Assembly (NCBI GenBank): GCA_029953675.1
Contig: JAMWBK010000008.1
Span: 1 to 64,000, forward strand
Direction of reading: 5' to 3'
Length of the DNA: 64,000 nt
From: Rhodosorus marinus CCMP1338
Lineage: Eukaryota > Plantae > Rhodophyta
Shown here: positions 1 through 10,497 of the stretch, piece after piece
How the letters are laid out: the number at the start of each line of letters is the position of its first letter
Position numbering within the stretch: position 1 is the stretch's first letter
The notes under the pieces: generated by a model
Told to the model about the DNA's origin: nothing
The model's database searches: none
What the model saw: only the letters and a program-made list of their open reading frames with translations
Translations under genes and position numbers: made by a program

Positions 1-338
1 CCCCAGACTAACGTAACCCCAGACTAACGTAACCCCAGACTAACGTAACCCCAGACTAACGTAACCCCAGACTAACGTAACCCCAGACTAACGTAACCCC
101 AGACTAACGTAACCCCAGACTAACGTAACCCCAGACTAACGTAACCCCAGACTAACGTAACCCCAGACTAACGTAACCCCAGACTAACGTAACCCCAGAC
201 TAACGTAACCCCAGACTAACGTAACCCCAGACTAACGTAACCCCAGACTAACGTAACCCCAGACTAACGTAACCCCAGACTAACGTAACCCCAGACTAAC
301 GTAACCCCAGACTAACGTAACCCCAGACTAACGTAACC
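1..338. repeat. Terminal telomeric array, 21 x CCCCAGACTAACGTAA (G-strand TTACGTTAGTCTGGGG)
   Basis: Perfect 16-bp period from base 1, with the C-rich strand on + at the left end. The same unit recurs as 1-2.5 copies at many internal junctions. Confidence 0.9.
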
Positions 339-416
339 GCGTACACTTTACTGAAGAACTCCCTATTGGAGCCCATTAAGAAGCAATAAGGATCCTATTG
401 GTCAGCAAAGAAACCC

Positions 417-3400
417 CTAATGGGTTGTGTGGCTACGTTCTAAGATAGGGACGATGTCATAGTCTGCTTCGTCGACACGACGTGCCTGGGTGGCAAGGAT
501 AGCGTTTCCTTTCCACAAAGTGCGGTTCAAGATCGCCCGAGCCTCACTTACTTGCGTTGCCCGCTGATCCAGGTGTATAGTCGCTTCCTTGAGGAACTCA
601 CTCGCTTGTTGTCCCATCTGCCCAAATGTTTCCAGGCAGAAGGGGACGAAGATGTCGTCGTTATGTTCTCCGATACTGTCACGGTATTTGGACTCTTTAA
701 ACTTTTCCGCTTTCCGTGCCGCATACCCGGTCTCCCAAGACGCTTTGTGGAGGTGTGTTCTTTGCAAAGGCGAGGTCACCTTCACATCGATCACGTAGAG
801 CTTGCCTGTTCGTGGGTGTCGGGCTAGAATGTCAGGCCGAAGCCGACTGCCTTGGTAGTGTCCGGTCGGTTCTATTGTCACTTCTAGTCGCCATTGTCTC
901 AGCACTGTCGCCAGGGCGTCCCTGACCATGTTATGCCGAATTGTCCAACTGCCGGTAGAGCTGGTGCAGTGGTGAAGGCGTTGAATGCCTGCAGCGTCGT
1001 GTGGTTGGGAACATATCGTACACGTACTAAGTATTCGTACACCCGGCAGGGGTAATCCCAACAGTTGTCGAAGGCTCAGGTTCAGTTCTCCGCTACTTAG
1101 GCCTCGTCCGTGTTTCCTTGGCAAGTCTCGCAGCCAAGTACCCCCTCCTGATCCCTTGCAGGAGCGTATTCGCGCACGTGCCGTCTCGCTGATCTCCGCG
1201 TTCTCCACCATTTCCTCGAATGCCCGTCGGTGACTCCAGTTGGAGAGGAGTTTTTGGGTTGAACCGATCAAGGGCCTGTCGGGTGGTGTGTGCGGGTTCT
1301 CTGCTTGTTCTTGGCTCTCCAACGATTGCCATTCTGTTAGGCGAAGTATGGGGGCCGGTGTTCCTCGTGCCAGGCAGCGTTTTGAGTGGAGGCTCGCTTC
1401 GATTAGTTGTGCTCCAAGTTGATCCGTCGAGTGGAGCAGGGGTCGAATGTGATGGTGCTCGGTCAGGTTCGTCGACGTGCAGGCATCGAGTAGCGCTCCT
1501 AGGTGGCTAGATCCAGTCCAATTGAGCTTCAGAGTCTGTCGCCAACTGCTGAAGAAGGCGAGGGGTTGTATTCGTGTTCTCATCGCTAGGCCTGCGCCAC
1601 CCCATCGGCAAGGGAGCTGGATCTGCGCTTCGACCACGTCTTTTGCGGGTCCTGTGAGGCCCTGGCCTTCGAGGAGCGAGCCGCACAGTTTGTCGAGTTC
1701 CAGGAGCGAGATGCGATCGGCTTCGCGTGCGAGATTGGCTCCGTATTGTAGGGCGAGCGTGCGTAGAGCAAAGTCTAGACGCGGTCCTGCGCAGTAGCGG
1801 AATAGGCACAGTTTAATTGGTAGCTCAGTGGTCGGTAGACGGATGACCTCTTGGACGAGTTTTCATGTTCTCGTTGTAGCTTCCTGTTCGCGTCTTGGAC
1901 GTAGGTCCGTGTGCCAATAGGGATGGAATAAAGTTGGATTCCGTCCCGGGTGACATGTACGTCGGGAATTTCCCTGTTGACGAGTCTGGTCGTCGGCAGT
2001 TGGAGTCCAAAAAGCTCGCATTTCGTCCTTTGAAGTTGTGCGCCTATTTCGGGGAGGTGGTGCTCGCTCCAGTGTAGCGCTTCTTTCACGTCCTTCAGAG
2101 GGCCAAGTAAGGTGAGGTCGTCGTGGATTGCGCTAAGGGTGATCCTCGGAAACCGGTCTCGTAGTGCTCGTAGGAGTGGGGAAAGGGCGAGCGCGTGTAA
2201 AGCAGGTCCCAACGGATCGCCTTGTTGGACTCCAGTCCAGGCTCGGAGCTGGAGCCAGTCATCGACATCGCTGTCTCGCCATCCGAATTGGCGTGGGGCG
2301 CTCTCGCCTCGTGGTCCGTAGCTCATTGTCATAAGCGACTTCAATTCGGGGAAAGCTAGCTCGATGATACGGTTTGCGAGGCGTCGGTCGATTCTGTTGA
2401 ACGCGTTTGCGAGATCAAGTTTGAGGAGCACGTCATTTGGGCGCGCTGCGAGGTGGGCTTCCGCGAGGTGGATGGCGTGTTCGCAGCCGCCGCTGACCGA
2501 GATGCCGAGTTGTTCCGGGAGCAGAAAGTCGCGAAGGGGCGTGGCGACAGCGCGAAGTGTCCATTGGGTGACGGCCTTCCGCAGTACCTCAGGAATCCCT
2601 AGCGGGCGTAGGCGAAGAGGGTACCCTTGTCTAGCTTCGGCAGACGTTCGCTTGTCTTTCGCGAGGAGTCGGTTGCTGCGCATGGCTTCGAGAAACACGT
2701 CAGGGAAGCTCTCCGGAGTGGTGGCAAGCTTGCGAAGGAAGCGTACAAGTACCGGTTGCGTTGTCATGGTGAGACTTCGCAGATGTTCGGCTTTGAGTCC
2801 ACTCGGCCCGGGGGCTGTGGCGTACGGTAGGTGTTCCAGCGTTGACAGGAGGCTCTCGTCAGAGGCCAAAGTCGGGTCCCATATATTGCGTTGCAGTCCG
2901 TTGAGCTTTGCCTGTAGGGCGTCTTCAAGCTCCGAGGAGAGCGTTGCGGCCTCGTACTCAGGGAAGAGCGTAGTCAGAACGCGCCAGGTGGCAGGAGTCT
3001 TCGAGGCAAGATCGGTGGCCAGTAGGAGTTGGCTAGACTGGGACATGCGTTGAGCTTTGGCGAGTTGTAGGGCTCGTTTCTGTCGGTGGCGGGTCTGAGG
3101 CGGCGAAGGTACGATACAGTTGGTGTCAAGGGTTTTGCTGTGAGCAGTAAGGTGTTCCCACACCGTGGAGAACCTTCCGTCCATAACGGCGAGCATCTGC
3201 GCAGAAGGGGCCAGGTCGCCTGTGTAGCCGAGTGCGAGACTGGGGAGAGCGAAGATGAACAGGCGTGACAGGTTCGGCGCTGACGTATCAAGGGCAAGTT
3301 CCAGGGCTTTCGACATGAGATGGTTCCAGCGTGTTTTCAGGTTATCGGGGACGAATTGGCGAGTAGGCGTCGGAGCCTGAGTCAGCTGCCACCAGCGGTT

Positions 3401-3568
3401 GCCATTATCGGTTACGTTGAGAGTGAAGTCGTGCAGAGACGAGAGCCAGGCGTTCGAGTCGGTCTCGAAGAGTGACTGCGTCGAAGTGGGAGGTCGTTGG
3501 CGACGAGCACGAGCACGGCGGGATGAGCGAGAGCGGTTCGGAGTATATTCGTCTGAGGAGCTGCTCAT
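417..3568 (-). CDS. T-A ORF2: reverse transcriptase plus restriction-like endonuclease, with one 1-bp frameshift near 1860
   Basis: Motifs include APGPSG, LRPLGIPEVLRK, LKLDLANAFN, GVQQGDPLGP, AIHDD, CxxC..HxC, RH, RPDI...IDVKV and PFCLETFG. Adding one A to the A-run near 1860 joins the two ORF-track pieces in frame (HEKLVQEVIRLP...). Confidence 0.88.
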
Positions 3569-5085
3569 GATTGAGTCGACGAGAGGGAGTCGGGCGTGAG
3601 GTCGTCGACGGCGTTGGCAGGCTTAGGGCGCTTAGTGGGTGGAGCCACTTGTCTCTTGTCTTGGGCCGTCGAAAGTCCTTGCATCGGCTCTGCAGGGGTC
3701 ACTGGTTGATCGCTAGTGGTGGAGGGGTCAGGCTCCGAGTCTAGTGGATCACGGGCTGTCGCGGCAGGCGTCTCAGGCGTGTTGTCCTCCCGAGCGGCTG
3801 GGACTTGGGCAGAATCAGCGCTATGCGTAGTCGCTGCGAGGGGTTCCGCACTCTCCCTCTCCAGTGCCGCCGGTTGAGGGTCAGCTACCCGGGTTCGGTC
3901 CAGAGAGCGTGGCTCTCTGCGCTCGGTTGTTGTCGAGTGCTCTGGAAGCTCAGGGTCGGAGAATGGCACGCGCAGGCAACTGTCGGGTGCTCGTTGAGCG
4001 TGAGCGTGGAGGCTGGCCAGGGTGCGATCGAGCTCGGCCCTGACGTGGCCCAGGAGTGCCTCTCGGTTGTTGGGTGGGAGACTCCTGCGATTGGTAACAA
4101 TCCGCTGGATCCGTCGGTAGCGGAGCAGGTTGTGGATCAGTGCAGCGCGGGGATAGTCTGCCGGTTGGTGACGGAGCTTTTCCCTCATGCTCAGGTATTC
4201 GTGTGACGTTGGAGAGAGCTTGACAGCTTGGATACGTTGATCAAGAGGCAGGTGTGCTCCTCTGGTGGGTTCGAAGGCCCCTGCGTTGGTAGCGTCGCGG
4301 AGTAGTTGGAAGGCGGTATGATGAGCGATGACGTGTACATGATGATCAAAGTAGTCCAGCTGGAGCAGCGAATTTTTCTGAAGGCCGGCTAGGCGCTCGA
4401 TATCCCAAGCATGATGGGCCTTGCTTCTGGTGGAGTCCCGAGGTCGAGCATTGAGTAGCACAAATGCATCAACGTCCTTCTGGCTCTGGTACTGCAGCCC
4501 ATGAATGCTCGCGAAAAACGAGCGATTGGCAGCTGCTGGGGTCTGGTTGGCGCGGACACGTGTCGTCCAGCTCATTGGTTGAGGTTGAGCTCGAGTCCTT
4601 GTCCGTGCTTGCTCATTGGCCGTTGCGAGATCTGGGAATGCATTGGAATCGAGATCACGTGTCTCGGGAGATCGCGGGCGGGCTGCTGCAGTGGCGTAGT
4701 TTGCTGGTTCGTAGACAGGGAGGGGGCGTTGTGCCCTCGGGGCAGCTTTTTGTGGCGTCGTAGTCAGATTGTGAAGGAGTTGAGCCTCGGTGCCATTGGC
4801 GTGTGCCTGGGCTAAGAGACCCATAAACCGCAGCATAAGCCCATTGTAGAGCGGGGTCTTATGCTTGGGCGCGTCGAGATGCAGCTTCAGCGCTCCGCAG
4901 CTCAGGTCAATAGCCAAGGGAGTAGGTACGTCGTTGTCTAGTGCAGATGCAGTTGTAGGCTCAGAAACAGGTACGGGCAGAGGCTCGGGTCCGTCTGCCC
5001 TCAGGCTAACGGCCGGGAGGTCTTCCATCGTTGCGTCTGTGCAAAAGCCCCCCCCATCCGGAGGCACGGGCTCGAGAGTAGTCAT
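3565..5085 (-). CDS. T-A ORF1, putative RNA-binding (RRM-like) protein
   Basis: Open frame from the ATG at 5085 (MTTLEP...). The stop overlaps the ORF2 ATG (ATGA). A near-identical copy lies at 27907-29427. Confidence 0.8.
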   Translation of the reverse strand: MTTLEPVPPDGGGFCTDATMEDLPAVSLRADGPEPLPVPVSEPTTASALDNDVPTPLAIDLSCGALKLHLDAPKHKTPLYNGLMLRFMGLLAQAHANGTEAQLLHNLTTTPQKAAPRAQRPLPVYEPANYATAAARPRSPETRDLDSNAFPDLATANEQARTRTRAQPQPMSWTTRVRANQTPAAANRSFFASIHGLQYQSQKDVDAFVLLNARPRDSTRSKAHHAWDIERLAGLQKNSLLQLDYFDHHVHVIAHHTAFQLLRDATNAGAFEPTRGAHLPLDQRIQAVKLSPTSHEYLSMREKLRHQPADYPRAALIHNLLRYRRIQRIVTNRRSLPPNNREALLGHVRAELDRTLASLHAHAQRAPDSCLRVPFSDPELPEHSTTTERREPRSLDRTRVADPQPAALERESAEPLAATTHSADSAQVPAAREDNTPETPAATARDPLDSEPDPSTTSDQPVTPAEPMQGLSTAQDKRQVAPPTKRPKPANAVDDLTPDSLSSTQS

Positions 5086-5183
5086 ATCACTCGATAAGCG
5101 TTCGTAGAAAGAATGAAAGTGTAACTTTATCACCACGATAAACTCCAAAGTCCAACCCCAAATCCCAGACTTTTTACGCCAGA

Positions 5184-5945
5184 CTAACCCCAGACTCCCA
5201 CTGTGGCGTGTAACTGCTTCAGGGCGGCATGTTGCGTCTGCGGCCCAGGCCTTCGCATGGTGCGGATGGGTGTCTCTACACCGTTCTCTGGTACTTCTAC
5301 TGCCGAAACCGCCGCGTAGGTGGGTCTGGGGGTGTCATTCCCAAGGGCCGGGAAAGCCGTCTCAAACCGGACACCCGCAGGGACACCTGTCCCGACCGGA
5401 ACTTGATTGAAGCCCGTTCCGGCCGCAAGTTGATTGACCACCGCCGTCGGCCGGTGATGCGCCGAAGCTCCCGAGGGATTCGAAGTCTGTGCAGAAGCTT
5501 GCCACATGTGGGGCTTCTGTGCAAGTTCCGTGAGGCGGCTGGTGACATTATGTATCTCTGTGGTACTGTTAATTCGCGAGTAGAGATTGAAGACTGCTTT
5601 GTAGAAGTTCGCGATGTCCTGCTCCCCAATTCCGAGGGCGTGATAGCACTGATCGTAGCTTCGAAGTTGGTGGAGGAACGTGTTAGCGGGAGAGGATGAC
5701 GTAGAAGACTCTGTCCGACTCCCCTCCTGGCACGGTTCTTCTGGGCGTAAAGTAGTCGCTTGTAGTCCATCATGTGGCCCATGCCCGTCCTCTCGTTCAG
5801 CAATTGGAGAGGCAGGCAGCATTCCGCTCATTGCACCGGTATTCTTCGAATTCCCCTCCCCAAACGAAGGGGAAGTGCCAGTGTTTGGCATATTGTACCC
5901 CAGGCGAACCAAACCTACAAACTTAATTGCGAACCTTATCCAATA
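5184..5945 (-). mobile_element. 5' end and ORF1 N-terminus (ATG 5891) of a second T family, 3'-truncated
   Basis: The translation (FLHQLRSYDQCYHALGIG...ALKQLHATVG) matches ORF1 pieces at 17741 and 33216. Both ends are bounded by telomere-like units. Confidence 0.8.
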
Positions 5946-5972
5946 ACCCCAGATAACCCCAGACTAACGTAA

Positions 5973-6779
5973 CCGTGAGCTTTATTGGGCACCCCAGACT
6001 AACGTAACCGTGAGCTTTATTGGGCAGTCGCCTAATGCGACGTAACACTAAGCCGATTGCTATCTAGGGAATCACTCACAACAACCCCGCTACCGGGGTC
6101 TCATGCTACGTTCAAAAGAAAAAACAGGAACCAGTGGGTTCTCCAACTGGTCCGCACGTAGAGCGCCTAACCCCAGACTAACGTAACCGTGAGCTTTATT
6201 GGGCAGTCGCCTAATGCGACGTAACACTAAGCCGATTGCTATCTAGGGAATCACTCACAACAACCCCGCTACCGGGGTCTCATGCTACGTTCAAAAGAAA
6301 AAACAGGAACCAGTGGGTTCTCCAACTGGTCCGCACGTAGAGCGCCAAGCGCAATCTCCGCGTTGCCCTGCCATAGGATCCTGTTTAACTGGGATCGTGC
6401 ATCCCTCAGCTCCTCATCTCGATGCAACAAGTGTTTACAACTGTCCCGCAAAAAGTCTTGCGTCAACCTCCCGCTCCGCCCAAAGGTCTCTATCGCGATC
6501 GGGATGAACTTCTCCTCGGGCTTTTCCACACTCATCGCCTCTTTATAGTGCGCGAGCTTGTAGTTCTCCGCCAGTTTCGCTGCATACCCGTTTTTACGGG
6601 TATTAACCCCAGACTAACGTAACCGTGAGCTTTATTGGGCAGTCGCCTAATGCGACGTAACACTAAGCCGATTGCTATCTAGGGAATCACTCACAACAAC
6701 CCCGCTACCGGGGTCTCATGCTACGTTCAAAAGAAAAAACAGGAACCAGTGGGTTCTCCAACTGGTCCGCACGTAGAGC
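5973..6779 (-). mobile_element. Tandem array of four 5'-truncated 3' ends of family T-D (about 18, 158, 415 and 157 bp), separated by single telomere units
   Basis: An identical 3'-UTR sequence restarts after each CCCCAGACTAACGTAACC. The longest copy encodes the endonuclease C-terminus (KFIPIAIETFGR...). Confidence 0.88.
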
Positions 6780-7310
6780 CCAGATTCTCAGGTGCATGAT
6801 GTTTTTCATGTATCACTATTACGAAAGTTCAATGGACCTGAACCTGAAGGCTCGCGCGTAGTTCCTGTACTACAACCAGTAGTACCAAACCGGGAAGTGA
6901 AGTCTGTATTGGGACATCGTCTAGGTGAAAAGGGCCTGAATAAATACTTCGTTTACTTTGAAGGCGAAACAACGGACGATTTGAGATGGTTACCCTACCA
7001 TCAACTACCGCAGAACCAGAATACCAAGAAACGAATTCGGTATTATACAAACCTCCACAAGGCAGCTTCTTCTTCCACCGGATAGTTCTTTCTTGCAGTG
7101 GGGAGGAGTTGTGACGTGCTGACATGACATCTGGCTAAACATATTGGTGAGCTAAAAAAATAACCACCATGCGTACAAAATATAGTGTACGTCTATGATG
7201 CGCCCAGTGGACAAGATATTGTACGAGTACGGACGGGGCTAATAATAGTAGTCTAAAAGGGAAGTTGAACTATTTTGGATCACCAACACGCGTTAATACA
7301 GAACGTGTCA
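6780..7310 (+). mobile_element. Ty3/gypsy chromovirus 3' remnant: integrase tail and chromodomain (6792-7085), polypurine tract (about 7097-7109), putative LTR (7110-7310)
   Basis: HDVFHVSLLRK is followed by a chromodomain-like EVKSVLGHR..YFVYFEG..W segment. GGGGAGGAG precedes a TG...CA-bounded 201-bp segment. Confidence 0.7.
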
Positions 7311-7679
7311 CCTTCTTCCTGCTAGCTCTACAAACCCAAAATCAAAGCTCTTTTCCTTTAGACTCCAATTAAATCTTTCAAATCAAAGTTCCCCGCTGTG
7401 CCGGATTCTGTTTGAAAACTAACAACCCCGAGTGGGCGCCCTGGCAGAGGGAAAGGAGAGCCACAACCATGCAACTGCTAGCTACTCACCCCCGACTGTG
7501 CTGGATGAACGAAGCGAATGGTTTAATCGGAGGCTGGATGAACGCCAACGCCGCGTTGAAATTGGATCCACAATGTTCACCAATCATAGCTTTTTTCCCT
7601 TTCCGGTTTTTTCTTCGAGTCTCGAATTGAAAACAATTGTTCAGGCATTCACTCAGCGCTTTGCTCAATTCGTCTTAAA

Positions 7680-7709
7680 CCATTCATTCATTCATTCATT
7701 CATTCGTTC
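7680..7709. repeat. (CATT)n microsatellite, same unit as the family X 3' tail
   Basis: Direct reading: cattcattcattcattcattcattcgttc. Confidence 0.8.
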
Positions 7710-7930
7710 AATATAGAATTGATATTTAAATATGCAATATGAACGCATGAGTCCATTCGCAGAGCGATGCAGAGTGACCCAATAGACACTCGACTTCGGG
7801 AACGAACTGAGAAATAATTGGTCAATTTTCTTGACCAATTATTTCTATATTGGGATGGTTTTTGTTTTTAATGAATTCAGTTACATATGAACGGAATCGC
7901 TTTGGGGGTGCAGGTTGGACTGACTCTACG

Positions 7931-7973
7931 AACGAATGGTTTAATCGGAGGCTGAAAAAAAAAAAAAAAAAAA
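7931..7973 (-). mobile_element. 43-bp 3'-terminal insertion of family X with TSD ACTCTACG
   Basis: The X 3' end (cagcctccgattaaaccattcgtt) is flanked by ACTCTACG at 7923-7930 and 7974-7981. Confidence 0.75.
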
Positions 7974-8100
7974 ACTCTACGGGGTTCCCGATGGCATAAA
8001 TTAGCGGCGCTGACGTCTTGGCTATACCCGATTCAATATTCTGTTGCGATTCTTTATGTCCCGCTTGAAGGTGAGGATTCCGGATGGAACATCATTCTGT

Positions 8101-8820
8101 TGAATGAATGATTTATTCGGAGGCTAAAGGAAAAACTCCGTAGGGAAAAAGACTAAGCACCTCGAAGGTCGCGGGCCTCCAACAACAATGCAGCGTTCAC
8201 ACGCCACAGCAAGAAACTCAAGCGAGAAAACAAATATTGTAGACGGTCCGGGCGCTCGCGCATATATCTCCCAAAGCCAACGAGATCCAGTGTGGTCGAC
8301 AAACCCAAAGGATTCAATGATGAGAGGCACGAGGCGGTGTGCAAGAGCCAACGCTCGGACCTCGGGGGTAGACGGTGCCCTCGTTTACGTCACCTCCATT
8401 TGTTGACACACACTGGCAGCGCCAAAACCACGGCGCTCTCCTGCTGTCGGCAGATAACGACCAAGCTGGGGATTCGGGACAGCCGGGTCAACGCAGGTGG
8501 CGCGGCGGCTATCGTCCCAGCTGACCACTAGGTCAGCCACTCGTCGCTCACCATTGTGGCAGGCTGGGACCGTCAGGGGCCTCTCACGTTCAGTTTCGAG
8601 ACCTGCTTGTCGGACAACAGGCCGAATTTCGCGGTGTAATAGGGTTAAAAGGCGCATACGGCGGCCGGTGCGAGCACCTTGCACCGCTGGGCAACTGATG
8701 AGAAGGTGAACGCCATAATCCGCGGTATCTTCCATTTGTGAACATAGCGGACACGGCAAACCCGTCTCGTAGGGCCAGGGGGGTTGACGTAGCCCGAGGT
8801 ATAAGCGAAGAGAGGTAAGT
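8101..8820 (-). mobile_element. Diverged X-subfamily 3' fragment (zinc knuckle and endonuclease)
   Basis: CPLCSQMEDTADYGVHLLISC...RRVADLVVS is homologous to the X ORF2 C-terminus. A CATT tail is at 8101-8112. Confidence 0.8.
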
Positions 8821-9239
8821 ACTTTGAAATCAGTAGGCGTTAGGGGGGGAAAATCATTCTGTTTACGCGATTGAGTTTGTTGCCGTGCCGTATGAACGCT
8901 GCAGCGTTACTGGAGGCCCGCGACCTACATATACGGTGCTTCGTCTTTTTTCCGCTCACGATGTTTTTATTTTGGCCCGCTGAGTAGAAAATTTGTTCGA
9001 CGTCTAGATATTCACGATTCAATCTTTTGTTGAATTCAATATGTCCCGTTTCAAGGTGAGCGTTCAGTATGGAACATCATTCTGCTTACTCGATTGAGTT
9101 TGTTGCTGAGGCTTATGAATGCTGCGGTGTTATTGAAGGCCCACGACGTTGACGGTCCTTAGTCTCTTTTCCCTTGGGCTTTTTGTGTTTTAGCCTCCAA
9201 TTAGATCATTCGCTCGACGTCTAGCTGTTCGCGGTTTCA

Positions 9240-9735
9240 ATACTCTGCACTGACCCGTTGCTTCCCAGAGCTCTTCGTCTCAGACGCTGCCGCCAGATAC
9301 TCAGCATTTGTGGACCTCGCCAATACCTGCCCTGTGGCCACCGCCCACCTCACCACTGCTGCTGCCCGAGGGGAAGCGGCTTCTGCCCTTCGATGAGTTA
9401 AGGAACGAAGATATGCCGAGAGCATGGCCGGCCTGCTTGTGCTGAAGGTCGCTCTCACCAGTTCCAGCCTTTCATTGTGGAAAGCTTTGATCATGTGGAC
9501 AAGACGGGTTTGGAGAGGCTTCGGAAATGTTTTGCTGAGCATCGTACTGAATGCTTGGCGCCCTTGCGGGCGTTTGAGTGTCGCCATGTTGCAAAACCCA
9601 ACCCACATGCTTGCCGAGGCCATCGGCGCCTGGGGTTGCGTACTTTAACTAGTTCTTAGTTCCTCTTCAAACCTTGCGTAGCGCTTCGGGCTATGCCAGT
9701 AAAGTCCGGTCTAGTAAAGTCCAGTAAAGTCCGGT
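9240..9735 (+). mobile_element. Diverged Y-family 3' fragment with (AGTAAAGTCC)n tail
   Basis: Homologous to 22900-23357. Tail repeats lie at about 9697-9733. Confidence 0.75.
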
Positions 9736-9798
9736 TGAACGAAGCAGCCTCGCGTGGCATTGCACGCAGGAAGATCTCCTGTAAAAATAATTTTTTAC

Positions 9799-10497
9799 GG
9801 TGTCAGGAAATTTCCTATGGAATTTTCCAACAAATGCGATTTGCTAGTTTTGCCAGAGAAGCTCCATAGCTTCTCTTCCTGGCAGGAGACATGAGCGCAA
9901 GTTTTCCAGGCAACCGCGTTCTATTCATTCATAATGCCGGAACAAAATATTTCCTAGTTCCCGGCTGCGCGGGAGAGCCGTGGATCTGCCGCCGCCAGCA
10001 TGAGACGCCGCAAAGAGATCAAATACGCGGGGGCTTTGTCTTCCCCTGGTGTTCGTGCTTCGGCACTAGCACATCGCTTGGTACCCCTGATCATTGAGTG
10101 CTTTGGGTTCATGGACTCTGTTGGTTCTCGCTGGCTTCGGGAGTTGTTCCGCGAACGCCCTGACCGTCTTCAATCGTTGTTTACCCTTTTAAGTTTCCTG
10201 CTGTGGCGCATGAATGCCGCTTTGATGTTGGAGGCGCGAGTTCTTCGCCGCATTTAGTCTTTTTTTCCCCTCGGGGTTTTTTTTCAGCCTCCGATTAAAC
10301 CATTCGTTCATTCGTTGTAATATGGGCGTTCTGTCTGGTGTCAGGAAATTTCGTATAGAATTTTCCAACAAATGCGATTTACTAGTTTTGCCAGAGAAGC
10401 TATGGAGCTTCTCTTTCTGAGAGGAGACATGAGCGCAAGTTTTCCAGGCAACCGCGTTCTATTCATTCATAATGCCGGAACAAAATATTTCCTAGTT
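9799..10497. repeat. Two about 161-bp direct repeats (9799-9959 and 10337-10497) rich in short palindromes
   Basis: Direct alignment with few mismatches. The copies flank an X fragment. Confidence 0.8.
9960..10318 (+). mobile_element. 5'-truncated family X 3' end
   Basis: Encodes MRRRKEIKYAG...LMLEARVLRR, followed by the X 3' UTR and a cattcgttcattcgtt tail. Confidence 0.88.

Larger units (their letters stand above)
339..5175 (-). mobile_element. Near full-length telomere-targeted RLE non-LTR retrotransposon (family T-A), 3' end facing the telomere
   Basis: The 3' UTR is fused directly to the telomere array. ORF1 and ORF2 (RT, CCHC, PD-(D/E)xK) are present. The 5' end begins in variant telomere repeats (5160-5200). 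Confidence 0.92.

Noticed and set aside
1-338. CRISPR array (also considered for the 27-bp repeat at 35023-35270 and the arrays at 5973-6779)
   Set aside because: There are no unique spacers and no cas genes, and the context is eukaryotic.
345-425. HDV-like ribozyme or telomerase-like pseudoknot in the T-A 3' UTR (CCCAUUA/UAAUGGG and CUUUGCUGA/UCAGUAAAG can pair)
   Set aside because: The long-range pairings are not conserved in the other families, and P1.1 and the catalytic junction are not evident. The site is at the 3' rather than the 5' end, and the two local RNUAG hairpins explain the conservation better.
1855-1865. Programmed frameshifts at homopolymer runs (about 1860, 57649-57652, 61712-61719)
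   Set aside because: These are single-base indels in A/G runs at positions not shared between families. Mutation or sequencing error is simpler. The T-J case recurs only in its own inverted duplicate.
2364-3053. Long antisense or alternative-frame ORFs (for example 2364-3053, 17540-18358, 29739-30299, 50320-50733)
   Set aside because: They are shadows of GC-rich element ORFs with no recognisable motifs.
1-5175. Drosophila HeT-A/TART-style telomere elongation by terminal transposition
   Set aside because: The terminal element has its 3' end distal and is capped by 21 regular repeats. HTT elements attach by their 3' end with the 5' end distal. The geometry fits insertion into existing repeats.
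7810-7846. Perfect 16-bp-stem hairpin as a Helitron 3' end or terminator
   Set aside because: There is no correctly spaced CTRR and no second copy in the window, so no function can be supported.
9799-10497. The 161-bp direct repeats as a giant TSD of the X insertion
   Set aside because: The copies have diverged, and about 20 unrelated nt separate the tail from the second copy.
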